Made by a program: the position numbers and the translations under genes. Positions 47,058 to 55,722 of a stretch of 64,000 nt of DNA are shown here, in pieces; positions within the stretch are counted from its first letter, which is position 1, and the number at the start of each line of letters is the position of its first letter. The stretch lies in the NCBI GenBank assembly GCA_035525015.1, contig DATLFC010000074.1:3277-67276 (forward strand). The letters are read 5' to 3'. The stretch comes from Thermoanaerobaculia bacterium. Its GTDB lineage: Bacteria; Acidobacteriota; Thermoanaerobaculia; Gp7-AA8. The notes beneath the pieces were generated by a model. That model was not told the DNA's origin. It saw only the letters and a list, made by a program, of their open reading frames with translations, and ran no database searches.

Positions 47058-49393
47058 TCGGCCTCAGCTCGCCTGGGCCGCCGGGACGGAACGGCCGCGG
47101 CGACCAGAAGCATCACCGCCGCCGCGGCACTCACCGGCCACACCGCCGCGATCACACCGTTTCGATACTGCATCGCCACGCGATGACGCCCGGCCGGCAC
47201 CACCACTCCCTGGTATCCGATGTTCGTCACGACCGGCCGGACCTTTCTGCCGTCGATTGTGACATGCCAGTACTTGTGGGGGGTGACGCTCATGACCAGA
47301 AACGCCCGGCCGCCCGCGAGGACATCGATGACGGCGGTATTCGGCGACTCCGAGACCGCGAGCACCTCGCCCGCAGCAGGGGCGAAGCCGCTGCCTGTCA
47401 CGAATGCGACCCGGCCGGCATGGGAGCCGGCGGTCACTTTGCGCACGAAGTCGTCGAGATCGGCGACGGGCACGATCTGGTCGGCGAAGTAGTAGCGCGG
47501 ATGGCGCCCGACCTCGACGAACTCCACCGGCTCCGCGCGCGTGTAGTCGCCGCCGACGCGATCCCGCTCCTCTTCGAACGGCCGGAACACGGCCCGATAC
47601 CGGACGTTCGACATCGCCACGAATGGACGCCACCAGTCCGGACGCCCTTCCGCTCGGACCTGCAGCATCGCGGCCGTCAGGTCGCGCGTCGGCAGAAGCG
47701 CGGTCTCGTCGTAGTCGCGCTCGAGCGCGGTCCGGATCCCCCATGCCGCCGGCATCGGAGGGAAAAGACCGTTGCGCACGACGAAGTAGGGAGCAACGCC
47801 TCCTGAGAAATACCGCCGCCCTTCGGGACCGCCGGCGCCCCAGTCGGCTTCGTGGAAGAGGCGGTAGTCATCACGATCCGGCAGCAGCGGATGCAGCGAC
47901 GGCGGTGCCTCGGTGAAAAACGCGGACGGCAGGCGCGGGTTGATCTGCTGCGCGATCCTGCCGACATCCCAGCAGACGAAGAGGAGTCCCGCCGCGAGCC
48001 AGAGATGCTTCCGCGCCATGCGCATGGTGACGAGGAGGATGAAGAGGAGAAAGCCATGGAGTGCGGCCATCATCCAGTCGCTCCAGGCCATCGCCCCGAG
48101 CGCCATGGTGAATTCGTTCGACGGGAGCCCGAACGTGCCGAGCCATACGTCGGGGCGCATCCGCACCAGAAGCGAGACCGCGGCGGCGAGGAGGGCGGTG
48201 GCCAGGGCGAAGGCAGCGGCGGCCGCGCGGATCCGTTCGTCGCCCTCCAGCGCGCCGGCGAGCATCCGCGCGGCGAGCACGCTGATCGCGAAGATCGCGA
48301 GGAGGATGAACTTCTCCGGATAGCGGACCGACGTGGCGATGCCCGCGTCGTACAGGAATCGCAGCAGCGGCGTGTGACCGCCGGCCGCCATCAGAACCGA
48401 AAGGGCGACGAGTCCGAGCACGAAACGCCCCCCGCGCGGGCGTGCGAAGAAGGCGGCGGCAGCCAGCGCCGCGGCGGCCAGCCCCGGGTAGATGCTGTAG
48501 ACGAATGGAGAGGTTCTCGGCTCGTACAGCCGTGCACCCCAGTAGGCCATCTCCACTCCGGCGCGGCCGAGCACGTTCGGGTAGACGAGCTCGAGGAGTT
48601 TCGCCCACGGCATGCTCCACGTCTGGACGAGCGCGAACTCGAACGGCCGTGCCCGGGCCGAGTCGCCGAGATGATCGGCGGCGGCCAGCAGTTGCACGGC
48701 GCCGACGGCGGCGCCGCAGAGACCGACCAGCGCGACGAGGCCGATGTTGCGAAGCGTCCGTCCGTCGCGCCATCCTCTGTACAAGCCGTACAGACCGATC
48801 AGGAGCGCGGTCTGGAGAAGCGTCGTCGGTTCGGCGACCAGACACTGGATCCCCAGGAAGAGCGCCGCCAGAGCGAAGTCGCGCCGGTTCGGCTGCAGGA
48901 GCAGACGCCTCGCGAACAGAGCCGTCAGCGGCAGCCACGCCGCGCAGAAGAGGATCGGCAGCAGGTTGACGTAAGAGAGGAAGAGGCCGCCCATTCCCCA
49001 GGAGCTGGCCCCGAACACGGCCGGCGCCGCGCGCAGCCGCATCGACCGCAGCAGGGCATACATCCCCAGCAGGGCGATGTAGATGTGGAGGAGGATGTGC
49101 AGCCGGTACCCGAGATCGTAGTCGGGGAGCATCAGCAGCCAGGTCGGCGGATAGAAGATCTCGTGCTCGGGATTGGCGGCCAGCGGCTGCCCGGCGTGGA
49201 AGTAGGGGTTCCAGAGCGGGAACTCCCCCTGCCGGACGATGTGCCGGTAGACCTGCTTGGTCGGGTAGTAGTAGCGGGTCAGATCGCGCGCCGCGAAGTT
49301 GCGGAATCCGAGCAGCACGTCGCCGAACAGCAGCGTCGGCAGAAAGAGAAGAAGAGCGACGGCGAGGAGGTCGTGCCGCCGCACCGCGTTCAT
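47054..49393 (-). CDS. YfhO-family GT-C membrane glycosyltransferase, tandem paralog 2 of 3
   Basis: Start reset to MNAVRRHDLL at 49393 (ATGA overlap with paralog 3). The Arg-rich 183-aa ORF extension is rejected. Same motif set as paralog 1. Confidence 0.75.
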   Translation of the reverse strand: MNAVRRHDLLAVALLLFLPTLLFGDVLLGFRNFAARDLTRYYYPTKQVYRHIVRQGEFPLWNPYFHAGQPLAANPEHEIFYPPTWLLMLPDYDLGYRLHILLHIYIALLGMYALLRSMRLRAAPAVFGASSWGMGGLFLSYVNLLPILFCAAWLPLTALFARRLLLQPNRRDFALAALFLGIQCLVAEPTTLLQTALLIGLYGLYRGWRDGRTLRNIGLVALVGLCGAAVGAVQLLAAADHLGDSARARPFEFALVQTWSMPWAKLLELVYPNVLGRAGVEMAYWGARLYEPRTSPFVYSIYPGLAAAALAAAAFFARPRGGRFVLGLVALSVLMAAGGHTPLLRFLYDAGIATSVRYPEKFILLAIFAISVLAARMLAGALEGDERIRAAAAAFALATALLAAAVSLLVRMRPDVWLGTFGLPSNEFTMALGAMAWSDWMMAALHGFLLFILLVTMRMARKHLWLAAGLLFVCWDVGRIAQQINPRLPSAFFTEAPPSLHPLLPDRDDYRLFHEADWGAGGPEGRRYFSGGVAPYFVVRNGLFPPMPAAWGIRTALERDYDETALLPTRDLTAAMLQVRAEGRPDWWRPFVAMSNVRYRAVFRPFEEERDRVGGDYTRAEPVEFVEVGRHPRYYFADQIVPVADLDDFVRKVTAGSHAGRVAFVTGSGFAPAAGEVLAVSESPNTAVIDVLAGGRAFLVMSVTPHKYWHVTIDGRKVRPVVTNIGYQGVVVPAGRHRVAMQYRNGVIAAVWPVSAAAAVMLLVAAAVPSRRPRRAEAE

Positions 49394-51756
49394 GCCGGTT
49401 CGGCCGCCGGGAGGGGGCGTCGTCGTGCAAAGACGGCCACGAGAATGAGGAGCGTGGCGGCGGTCGCGCTGACCGGCATCCCGACGGCGATCCTGTCGTT
49501 GCGGTACTGCATCGCCACACGATGCCGCCCCGGCGGTACCACCACGCCCTGATATCCGATGTTCGTCACGACCGGCTGGACCTTTCTGCCGTCGATTGTG
49601 ACACGCCAGTACTTGTGAGGCGTCACGCTCATGACCAGAAAGGCGCGCCCGTCGGTCTCGACGTCGATCACCGCGCTGTTCGACCGCTCGCGCAGACCGA
49701 CGACCTTCCCGTTCGCCGGCACGAACGGCTGCAGCTGCACGAACGCGACGCGCTCGCTGTAGTCTTCGCCGGCCAGCTTCTTCACGAAATCCTTCCGGTC
49801 GCGGATCTGCACGAGCTGATCGGCGAAGTAGTAGCGCGGGTAGTGCTTCCCTTCGATGAAGCGGACCGGAATCGACTTCGTGAAGTCGCCCTTCGTCCTC
49901 TTCTTCTCTTCCTCGAAGTCGCGATGGACGCCGCGGTACCACGCGTTCGACATCGCCATGAACGGCTGGTACCAGTCCGCTTTCCCGGCGCGCTTCACGT
50001 CCCAGACCGACTCGGTCAGGTCGATGGTCGGCAGCAGCGCCGTCTTGTCGTAGTCGCGCTCGATGACCGTCCGCACTCCGTGTCCGACCGGCGTCATCGG
50101 GAAAAGGCCGTTGCGCACGACCCAGTAGACCGCGGCGCCGGTTGAAAAGTATTTCCGCGCCATTTCATCGCCGCCGTACCAGTCCGCCTCATGAAAGACC
50201 CGATAGGCCGGCTGATCGGGATGGAGCGTCTGCACCGCCTCCGGCGTCCGGGTGAAGAAGCGGCGGGGCATGCGGGGGTTGAGCTCGTGCATCACCGGTC
50301 CAAGGTCGGCGCACAGGAAGATCAGTCCGGCCGTCAGCCAGACCGTCCGGAACCGCGTGCCGATGGTGAGCAGGAGTCCGACCAGAACACCGCCGCGGAC
50401 CGCGGCCACGATCCAGTCGACGCGCGAGAGCGCGATCATCCGGTTGGCGCCCGCTCCCTCGGCCAGCCCCCAGATCTTGCGAAACCCTTCGGCGTAGAGC
50501 GGTGTGAACGCGAGCGCCGCCAGGGCGGCCGCCACGACGGTCGTAGCCAGCGCGAATCCGGTGGCGGCCTCGCGCGCCCGTTCGTCGCCGGCGAGAAGCG
50601 TATCGAGAGTGTGCGCGGCGAAGACGATGATCGTGAAGACCGCGATGAGGATGAACTTCTCCGGATAGCGGACCGACGTGGCCACGCCGGCGTCATAGAG
50701 AAGACGGAGAAGCGGCGTGTGTCCGCCGAGGGCGATGACCGTGGAGAACAGGACGAGAGCGAGGACGAACCACCGTTCCCGCCCCCGGGTGAACACGCCG
50801 GCGACCGCGAGCGTGATCACCGCCAGGCCGCCGTAGATGCTGAAGAGGAACGGGGACCCCATGCCGGGATAGACGCCGCCGGCCCAGTACCACATGACGC
50901 GATCGACGGCGATGTGCCCGAGGAGGTTGGGGTAGACGAGCTCGGCGAACTTCGCCCACGGCATGCTCCACGCCTTGACGAGGGAGAAGTCGAAGGCGCG
51001 CGCGCGCGCGGAGTCGCCGACGTGATCGATGGCCGCCAGCATCTGCACGGCGCCGACGGCGAACGCGCAGGCGGAGATCGCCGCGATCCAGCCGGTGTTG
51101 GCGAGCATTCTGCCGATTCCGCCGTCCTTCCACCCGCGGTACAGGCCATACGTGCCGATGAGAAACCCGGTCTGCATGACCGTGGTCGGCTCGGCGACGA
51201 GGAACTGCATCCCCAGCGAGAGGGCGCCGAGCGCGAAGTCGCGCGGGAGCTTCCACAGCAGAAAACGACGGACGAACAGACAGGTCAGCGGCAGCCACGC
51301 CGCACAGAAGAGAATCGGCAGGAGGTTGATGTAGGAGAGGTATACGCCGCCGAGGCCGAAGCTCACCGCCCCGAAGAACGCGGCCGGCGGTGACAGGTCC
51401 ATCGAGCGCAGCAGCGCGTACATGCCGAGCAGGCCGATGTAGATGTGCACGAGGATGTGCAGGCGGAATCCGTAGTCGTAGCTCGGAAGCAGGATGAGCC
51501 AGGTGAACGGATAGAAGATCTCGTGCTCCGGGTTGGCCGCGAGCGGCTGGCCGGCGTGGAAGTAGCGGTTCCAGAGCGGCAGCTCGCCGCCGAGTACGAT
51601 CTCCCGGTAGATCTGCTTGGTCGGGTAGTAGTAGCGCGTCAGGTCGCGCATGTAGAAGTTGCCGAGCCCGGCAAGGACGTCGGCGAAGAAGAGAGTCGGA
51701 AGAAGGAGAAGAAGCGCGATCGCGAGCCGATCGGAACGGCGGGACGATCCGTTCAT
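49390..51756 (-). CDS. YfhO-family GT-C membrane glycosyltransferase, tandem paralog 3 of 3
   Basis: 788 aa with the same conserved N-terminal block. Start overlaps the GT2 stop (ATGA). Confidence 0.75.
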   Translation of the reverse strand: MNGSSRRSDRLAIALLLLLPTLFFADVLAGLGNFYMRDLTRYYYPTKQIYREIVLGGELPLWNRYFHAGQPLAANPEHEIFYPFTWLILLPSYDYGFRLHILVHIYIGLLGMYALLRSMDLSPPAAFFGAVSFGLGGVYLSYINLLPILFCAAWLPLTCLFVRRFLLWKLPRDFALGALSLGMQFLVAEPTTVMQTGFLIGTYGLYRGWKDGGIGRMLANTGWIAAISACAFAVGAVQMLAAIDHVGDSARARAFDFSLVKAWSMPWAKFAELVYPNLLGHIAVDRVMWYWAGGVYPGMGSPFLFSIYGGLAVITLAVAGVFTRGRERWFVLALVLFSTVIALGGHTPLLRLLYDAGVATSVRYPEKFILIAVFTIIVFAAHTLDTLLAGDERAREAATGFALATTVVAAALAALAFTPLYAEGFRKIWGLAEGAGANRMIALSRVDWIVAAVRGGVLVGLLLTIGTRFRTVWLTAGLIFLCADLGPVMHELNPRMPRRFFTRTPEAVQTLHPDQPAYRVFHEADWYGGDEMARKYFSTGAAVYWVVRNGLFPMTPVGHGVRTVIERDYDKTALLPTIDLTESVWDVKRAGKADWYQPFMAMSNAWYRGVHRDFEEEKKRTKGDFTKSIPVRFIEGKHYPRYYFADQLVQIRDRKDFVKKLAGEDYSERVAFVQLQPFVPANGKVVGLRERSNSAVIDVETDGRAFLVMSVTPHKYWRVTIDGRKVQPVVTNIGYQGVVVPPGRHRVAMQYRNDRIAVGMPVSATAATLLILVAVFARRRPLPAAEPA

Positions 51757-52562
51757 CGCGTCGTCGGCGCGACGTCCGGCGCGGCCGTCGAGACGGAGCG
51801 GGGGCGGAAGATCGGATGCGACCAGACGCCTTTCTTGTGCAGCTTGTACAGGACCATCGTCTTCAGGATGGCCAGACCATACCGGACCGAGCGCCAGAAT
51901 CCGATCTGCGACGCCTCGTCGAAGTAGCGGGTCTGGATCGGCACTTCGCGGATGAGCATCCTGGCGGCCACGCCCTGCGCGATGATCTCCGTGTCGAAGA
52001 CGAAATCATCCGAGTTCGCCTCGAAGTGAACGCTTTCCAGGTAACGGCGCGAATAGGCGCGGAACCCGGAGTGGTACTCGGACAGGAAGACGTAGAACGT
52101 CGCGTTCTCCACCATCGTCAGAAAGAGGTTGGCGAAGTACTTCCACTTCGGCATCCCCCCTTCGATCGGACGCCCGCCGAGCATGCGGGAGCCGAAGACG
52201 GCATCGCACTCGCCGCGCAGCAGCGGCTGGACGAGCTGGGGGATGATCTTCGGGTCGTACTGGTGATCGGGATGCACCATCACGACGATGTCGCCGGTCA
52301 TCTCGTCGAGGGCGGTCCGGTAGCAGGTCTTCTGGTTGCCGCCGTAACCCCGGTTCTGCGGGTGCACGATCGTGCGGATGCCGAGCTGCCGTGAGAGCTC
52401 GACGGTGCCGTCGCGCGAACGGTCATCGACCAGGAGAATCTCGTCGACCCAGTCCTTCGGGATGTCGTCGAACGTGGCCTGCAGAGTCTTCTCGGCGTTG
52501 TACGCCGGCAGCACGGCCACGACTTTCTTCTCCCGCAGGGGCACGGCGCGCGAGGATAACAC
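51753..52562 (-). CDS. GT2 polyprenol-phosphate sugar synthase (DPM1/CsbB-like)
   Basis: GT-A motifs (VAVLPAYNAE, LLVDDRSRDGT, the DAD-like DIVVMVHPD). GTG start 2 nt after the upstream stop. Confidence 0.85.
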   Translation of the reverse strand: MLSSRAVPLREKKVVAVLPAYNAEKTLQATFDDIPKDWVDEILLVDDRSRDGTVELSRQLGIRTIVHPQNRGYGGNQKTCYRTALDEMTGDIVVMVHPDHQYDPKIIPQLVQPLLRGECDAVFGSRMLGGRPIEGGMPKWKYFANLFLTMVENATFYVFLSEYHSGFRAYSRRYLESVHFEANSDDFVFDTEIIAQGVAARMLIREVPIQTRYFDEASQIGFWRSVRYGLAILKTMVLYKLHKKGVWSHPIFRPRSVSTAAPDVAPTTR

Positions 52563-52564
52563 GG

Positions 52565-54169
52565 TCAGAATGGCCAGCCCGGAGGCGGCATCCGCTTCTG
52601 CGCGGCGGCGATTTCCTCGAGGGGCCGCCGTGCCGGATGTCCCGGCGGAAAGGCGCGGGCGATCGCGCCGTCACGCTCGAAATGAACCTCTTCCGTCAAC
52701 ACCCTCAGATACGGTTCACTCGGCCGCCTCTGCTCCGCCACAAATCCGATCCCGAACCAGAGAAGAGCTCCGGCGGCGAGCAATGCGATCCGCCGCCGCG
52801 GTAACGCCAGGGCAACCGCCGCCGCCACGATCGCGAACGGGACGGCAATGGCGAGCGGGCGCCAGACGAAGTGAAGCAGGTTCGGCGCGACGCAGCCGTG
52901 CAGCAGCAGCGGAAGCGAGAAGGACACCCATGGGACGGCGTAGATCGTCGGGATGAACGGAAAGACGAGCGACATCACCGCCACCGCCGATGACGATGCA
53001 CCGAGGAGCAGCGCCTCGATGACCGTCTCCTTCGCGAAGGCGATCAGAAGTGCCAGGAACGGCAGGATCGGAATCAGGTACCGGGCTCCGACGGTCCGGC
53101 CGCCGAACCAGTAGGGATAGCCGGAGATCGTCAGGATGATGATCAACGGCACGGCCAGCAGCGCCACGAAAGCGGCCAGCGGCATGGCCCGCCGCGCGGC
53201 GGCAAGCCCCGCCATGGCCAGCAGGAGGACCGGTGAGATGACCAGCAGGCCTTTCCCGCCGTCGAGCAGGAGTTGCACGACATTCGTCATCGACGGCAGC
53301 CCGACCCCGAAGAGACCGGAGCGGGCTGCTTCGCGGATGTGCGTATCGGCCTCGTGCGCCGACGAGAGCGAAAAGAAACTGCCGAAGGCCAGACGGTTGT
53401 AGAGGCCGAGCACGACGGCGAACGGGATTCCTCCGGCGATCACCCGCAGCGTGCCGGCGATGCGGAGCCGCGGCAGGGCGCAGGCCATCAGGACCGCCGC
53501 GGGAATGGCATTCGGATATTCGGTCAGCACCGCCGCGCCGATCACGGCGCCGGCAGCGACGTCGATCCGCGGCGCGCGGCGCGCGATGAAGAGGAGTGCC
53601 CACGCGCCGAACAGCGTCAGCGCCGACAACGCGTGCGCGAAGAACAGGAGCCCGTACGCGAGCAAAGGCGTGGCAAACAGCATGACGGTGACTCCCGTTC
53701 GGAGCCGCTCGTCACGGCAATCGAGACGTCGCGCCACGGCCGCAACCGAGACGGCGAGAATGAGCAGCGGGATCGTCGCGCCGGCGATGCGGATGACCGT
53801 CAACGTGGCGCGCATCGTTTCGGCGGAGGGGGGGCCGAAGATGGCCCGGCCGGCGGCGTAAAACGGAAGGACCAGCAGCGCGGCACCGGGGGCCTTGTTC
53901 GAGTAGTACCGTCCGTCGCGGACCGCGAGATCGGTGATCGGGATCTTCGTGGCCTCGAGAACGGGGGTGACTTCTACCGTGCCGAAGTCGACGATGGCGA
54001 CGTCGACGGCCCAGCGACTGTACTCGTTCGGGGAGACGGCGTGCGGGAAGACGGGGATCACCAGGATCGCCAGCGCCGCGTAGAGTGCGATGGGGACTCT
54101 GGCCGGGCGGGGGATACGCTCGAAGAGCGCGACGACAGGCCGCATCCGCGGCGATTGTCTCATACGCAT
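52565..54169 (-). CDS. ArnT/PMT-like GT-C polytopic membrane protein, tandem paralog B
   Basis: 534 aa from MRMRQ. SPNEYSRWA and YSNKAPG motifs resemble GT39/GT83 loop-1 DExRYA and KPPL. The ~386-aa Arg-rich upstream part of the ORF is an out-of-frame artefact that overlaps paralog A. Confidence 0.6.
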   Translation of the reverse strand: MRMRQSPRMRPVVALFERIPRPARVPIALYAALAILVIPVFPHAVSPNEYSRWAVDVAIVDFGTVEVTPVLEATKIPITDLAVRDGRYYSNKAPGAALLVLPFYAAGRAIFGPPSAETMRATLTVIRIAGATIPLLILAVSVAAVARRLDCRDERLRTGVTVMLFATPLLAYGLLFFAHALSALTLFGAWALLFIARRAPRIDVAAGAVIGAAVLTEYPNAIPAAVLMACALPRLRIAGTLRVIAGGIPFAVVLGLYNRLAFGSFFSLSSAHEADTHIREAARSGLFGVGLPSMTNVVQLLLDGGKGLLVISPVLLLAMAGLAAARRAMPLAAFVALLAVPLIIILTISGYPYWFGGRTVGARYLIPILPFLALLIAFAKETVIEALLLGASSSAVAVMSLVFPFIPTIYAVPWVSFSLPLLLHGCVAPNLLHFVWRPLAIAVPFAIVAAAVALALPRRRIALLAAGALLWFGIGFVAEQRRPSEPYLRVLTEEVHFERDGAIARAFPPGHPARRPLEEIAAAQKRMPPPGWPF

Positions 54170-55722
54170 CAGAACGGCCACGACGAGGGAGGCGAAGCGC
54201 GCAGCGCACGGGCGAAGCTCTCCAGCCGTTCCCGCGCCGGTCCCGGCGGCAGCGTTCTGCGGATCGTCCCTTCGCGCTCGAAGTACACCTCCTGCGCGAT
54301 GAGGCGGACCGTTGGATTGGCGGGCGGTGCGAATCGGTGCGCGACGAACCCTGCGCCAAACCAGACGGCGAAGCCTGCGATGGCCGCGAGGGCCATCCGC
54401 CGCGACGGCACCGCGGCAACAACCGCGGCGGCTGCGAGGAGAAACGGGACGCCGACGGCGAGAGGCTGCCAGACGAGATGCAGGAGGTTCGGCGCCACCA
54501 GCCCTTCGCGCAGCAGCGGCCATGAGAACGAGATCCACGGCGCGTTCTGCCCCGGCGGCACGAAGGGAAATACCAGCGACACGATCGCCACCACGCCGGC
54601 GGACGCGCCGAGAAGGAACGCCTCCAGCGCGGTCCGTCTGGCGAAGGCGACGGCGAGCGCCAGAAACGGAAGAACGGGGACGACGTACCGGACCCCGACC
54701 GTCCAGCCGCCATGCCAGTTGGGATAGCCGGCCATGGTCAGAAAAAGCACCGCCGGCGCGGCGATCAGCGCGAGGAGCGCGGCGCGCGGCATCATCCTGC
54801 GCGCCGCGCCGATTCCGAATGCCGCGATCACGAGCACCGGCGAGAGAATCAGCAGACCTTTCGATGGATCGAGCAGCATCGCCAGGAGATTGGCGGGGGA
54901 TGGAAGGCCGATGCCGAAGAGTCCTGATCCGGCCAGCTCGCGGAATGCGGGATCGCGTTCGTGCGCCGAGGAGAGCGTGAAGACGCTGCCGAACGCAGCG
55001 TGGTTGTACCAGCCGAGGAGAATCGCGAAGGGCACGCCGCCCGCGAGAATGCGCAACAGGCCGCCGGCCCTGAGTCGCGGCAGTGCGCATGCGACGATGA
55101 CCGCCGCGGGAATCGCGCCCGGGTACTCGCAGAGGACGCCGAGGCCGATCAGCGCCCCGGCGGCGAGCTCGTGTCGCCGCGCGCGCGTCGAGGCGAACAG
55201 CAGAGCCCACGAGCCGAAGAGAGCGAGCGCGGAGAACGCATGCGAGAAAAAGAGAAGCCCATATGCGAAGAGCGGTGTCGCGAACAGCAGCAGCGTGATC
55301 GCGAGCCGGATCCTGCCGGCGTCGCAACCGGATCGCGCGGCGACGGCTGCCACCCAGATCGCGAGCAGAATCGCCGGAATGGTGGACGTGGCGATCCGCA
55401 TCACCGTCATCGTCGGCCGGATCGAGTCGGCCGTGGCCGGCCCGGTGAAGGGCCGGACCGCGGCATACGCCGGCGCGGCGAGCATCGAGAGTCCCGGCGC
55501 TTTGTTCGAGTAGATCCGCCCCTCCACCATGGCCGTGTCTTCGATCCGCGTCAGGTCGGTGCGCGCCAGAACGGCGGTCACTTCGATGGTCCTGTCGTCG
55601 ATCAGTGCCACCGCCAGCGCCCAGCGGCTCAGCTCATTCGGGGAGGTGAAGTGCGGAAAGACCGGCAGGACGAGAATGGCCACGATCAGGTACAGCGCCG
55701 CCGGCACCACGGCAGCTCTCAT
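54169..55722 (-). CDS. ArnT/PMT-like GT-C polytopic membrane protein, tandem paralog A
   Basis: 517 aa. SPNELSRWA, IYSNKAPG, and a C-terminus (ASPPSSWPF) shared with paralog B. TGATG overlap with paralog B and ATGA overlap with the upstream gene. Confidence 0.6.
   Translation of the reverse strand: MRAAVVPAALYLIVAILVLPVFPHFTSPNELSRWALAVALIDDRTIEVTAVLARTDLTRIEDTAMVEGRIYSNKAPGLSMLAAPAYAAVRPFTGPATADSIRPTMTVMRIATSTIPAILLAIWVAAVAARSGCDAGRIRLAITLLLFATPLFAYGLLFFSHAFSALALFGSWALLFASTRARRHELAAGALIGLGVLCEYPGAIPAAVIVACALPRLRAGGLLRILAGGVPFAILLGWYNHAAFGSVFTLSSAHERDPAFRELAGSGLFGIGLPSPANLLAMLLDPSKGLLILSPVLVIAAFGIGAARRMMPRAALLALIAAPAVLFLTMAGYPNWHGGWTVGVRYVVPVLPFLALAVAFARRTALEAFLLGASAGVVAIVSLVFPFVPPGQNAPWISFSWPLLREGLVAPNLLHLVWQPLAVGVPFLLAAAAVVAAVPSRRMALAAIAGFAVWFGAGFVAHRFAPPANPTVRLIAQEVYFEREGTIRRTLPPGPARERLESFARALRASPPSSWPF

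Noticed and set aside
47064-51298. Multiple 100-550-aa Arg/Ala/Pro-rich ORFs on both strands inside the YfhO paralogs
   Set aside because: All are alternative frames of the three YfhO genes. None has domain support.
44715-51756. Three near-identical 2.3-kb units as a mobile element or IS array
   Set aside because: The units are intact, translationally coupled paralogous genes of a metabolic family (YfhO). There is no transposase, TIR or target duplication, so this is tandem gene duplication.
54170-55327. 386-aa N-terminal extension of the 920-aa ORF 52565..55327
   Set aside because: The extension is an Arg-rich alternative frame overlapping paralog A (54169..55722). The protein-like sequence begins at MRMRQ (54169), exactly at paralog A's stop.
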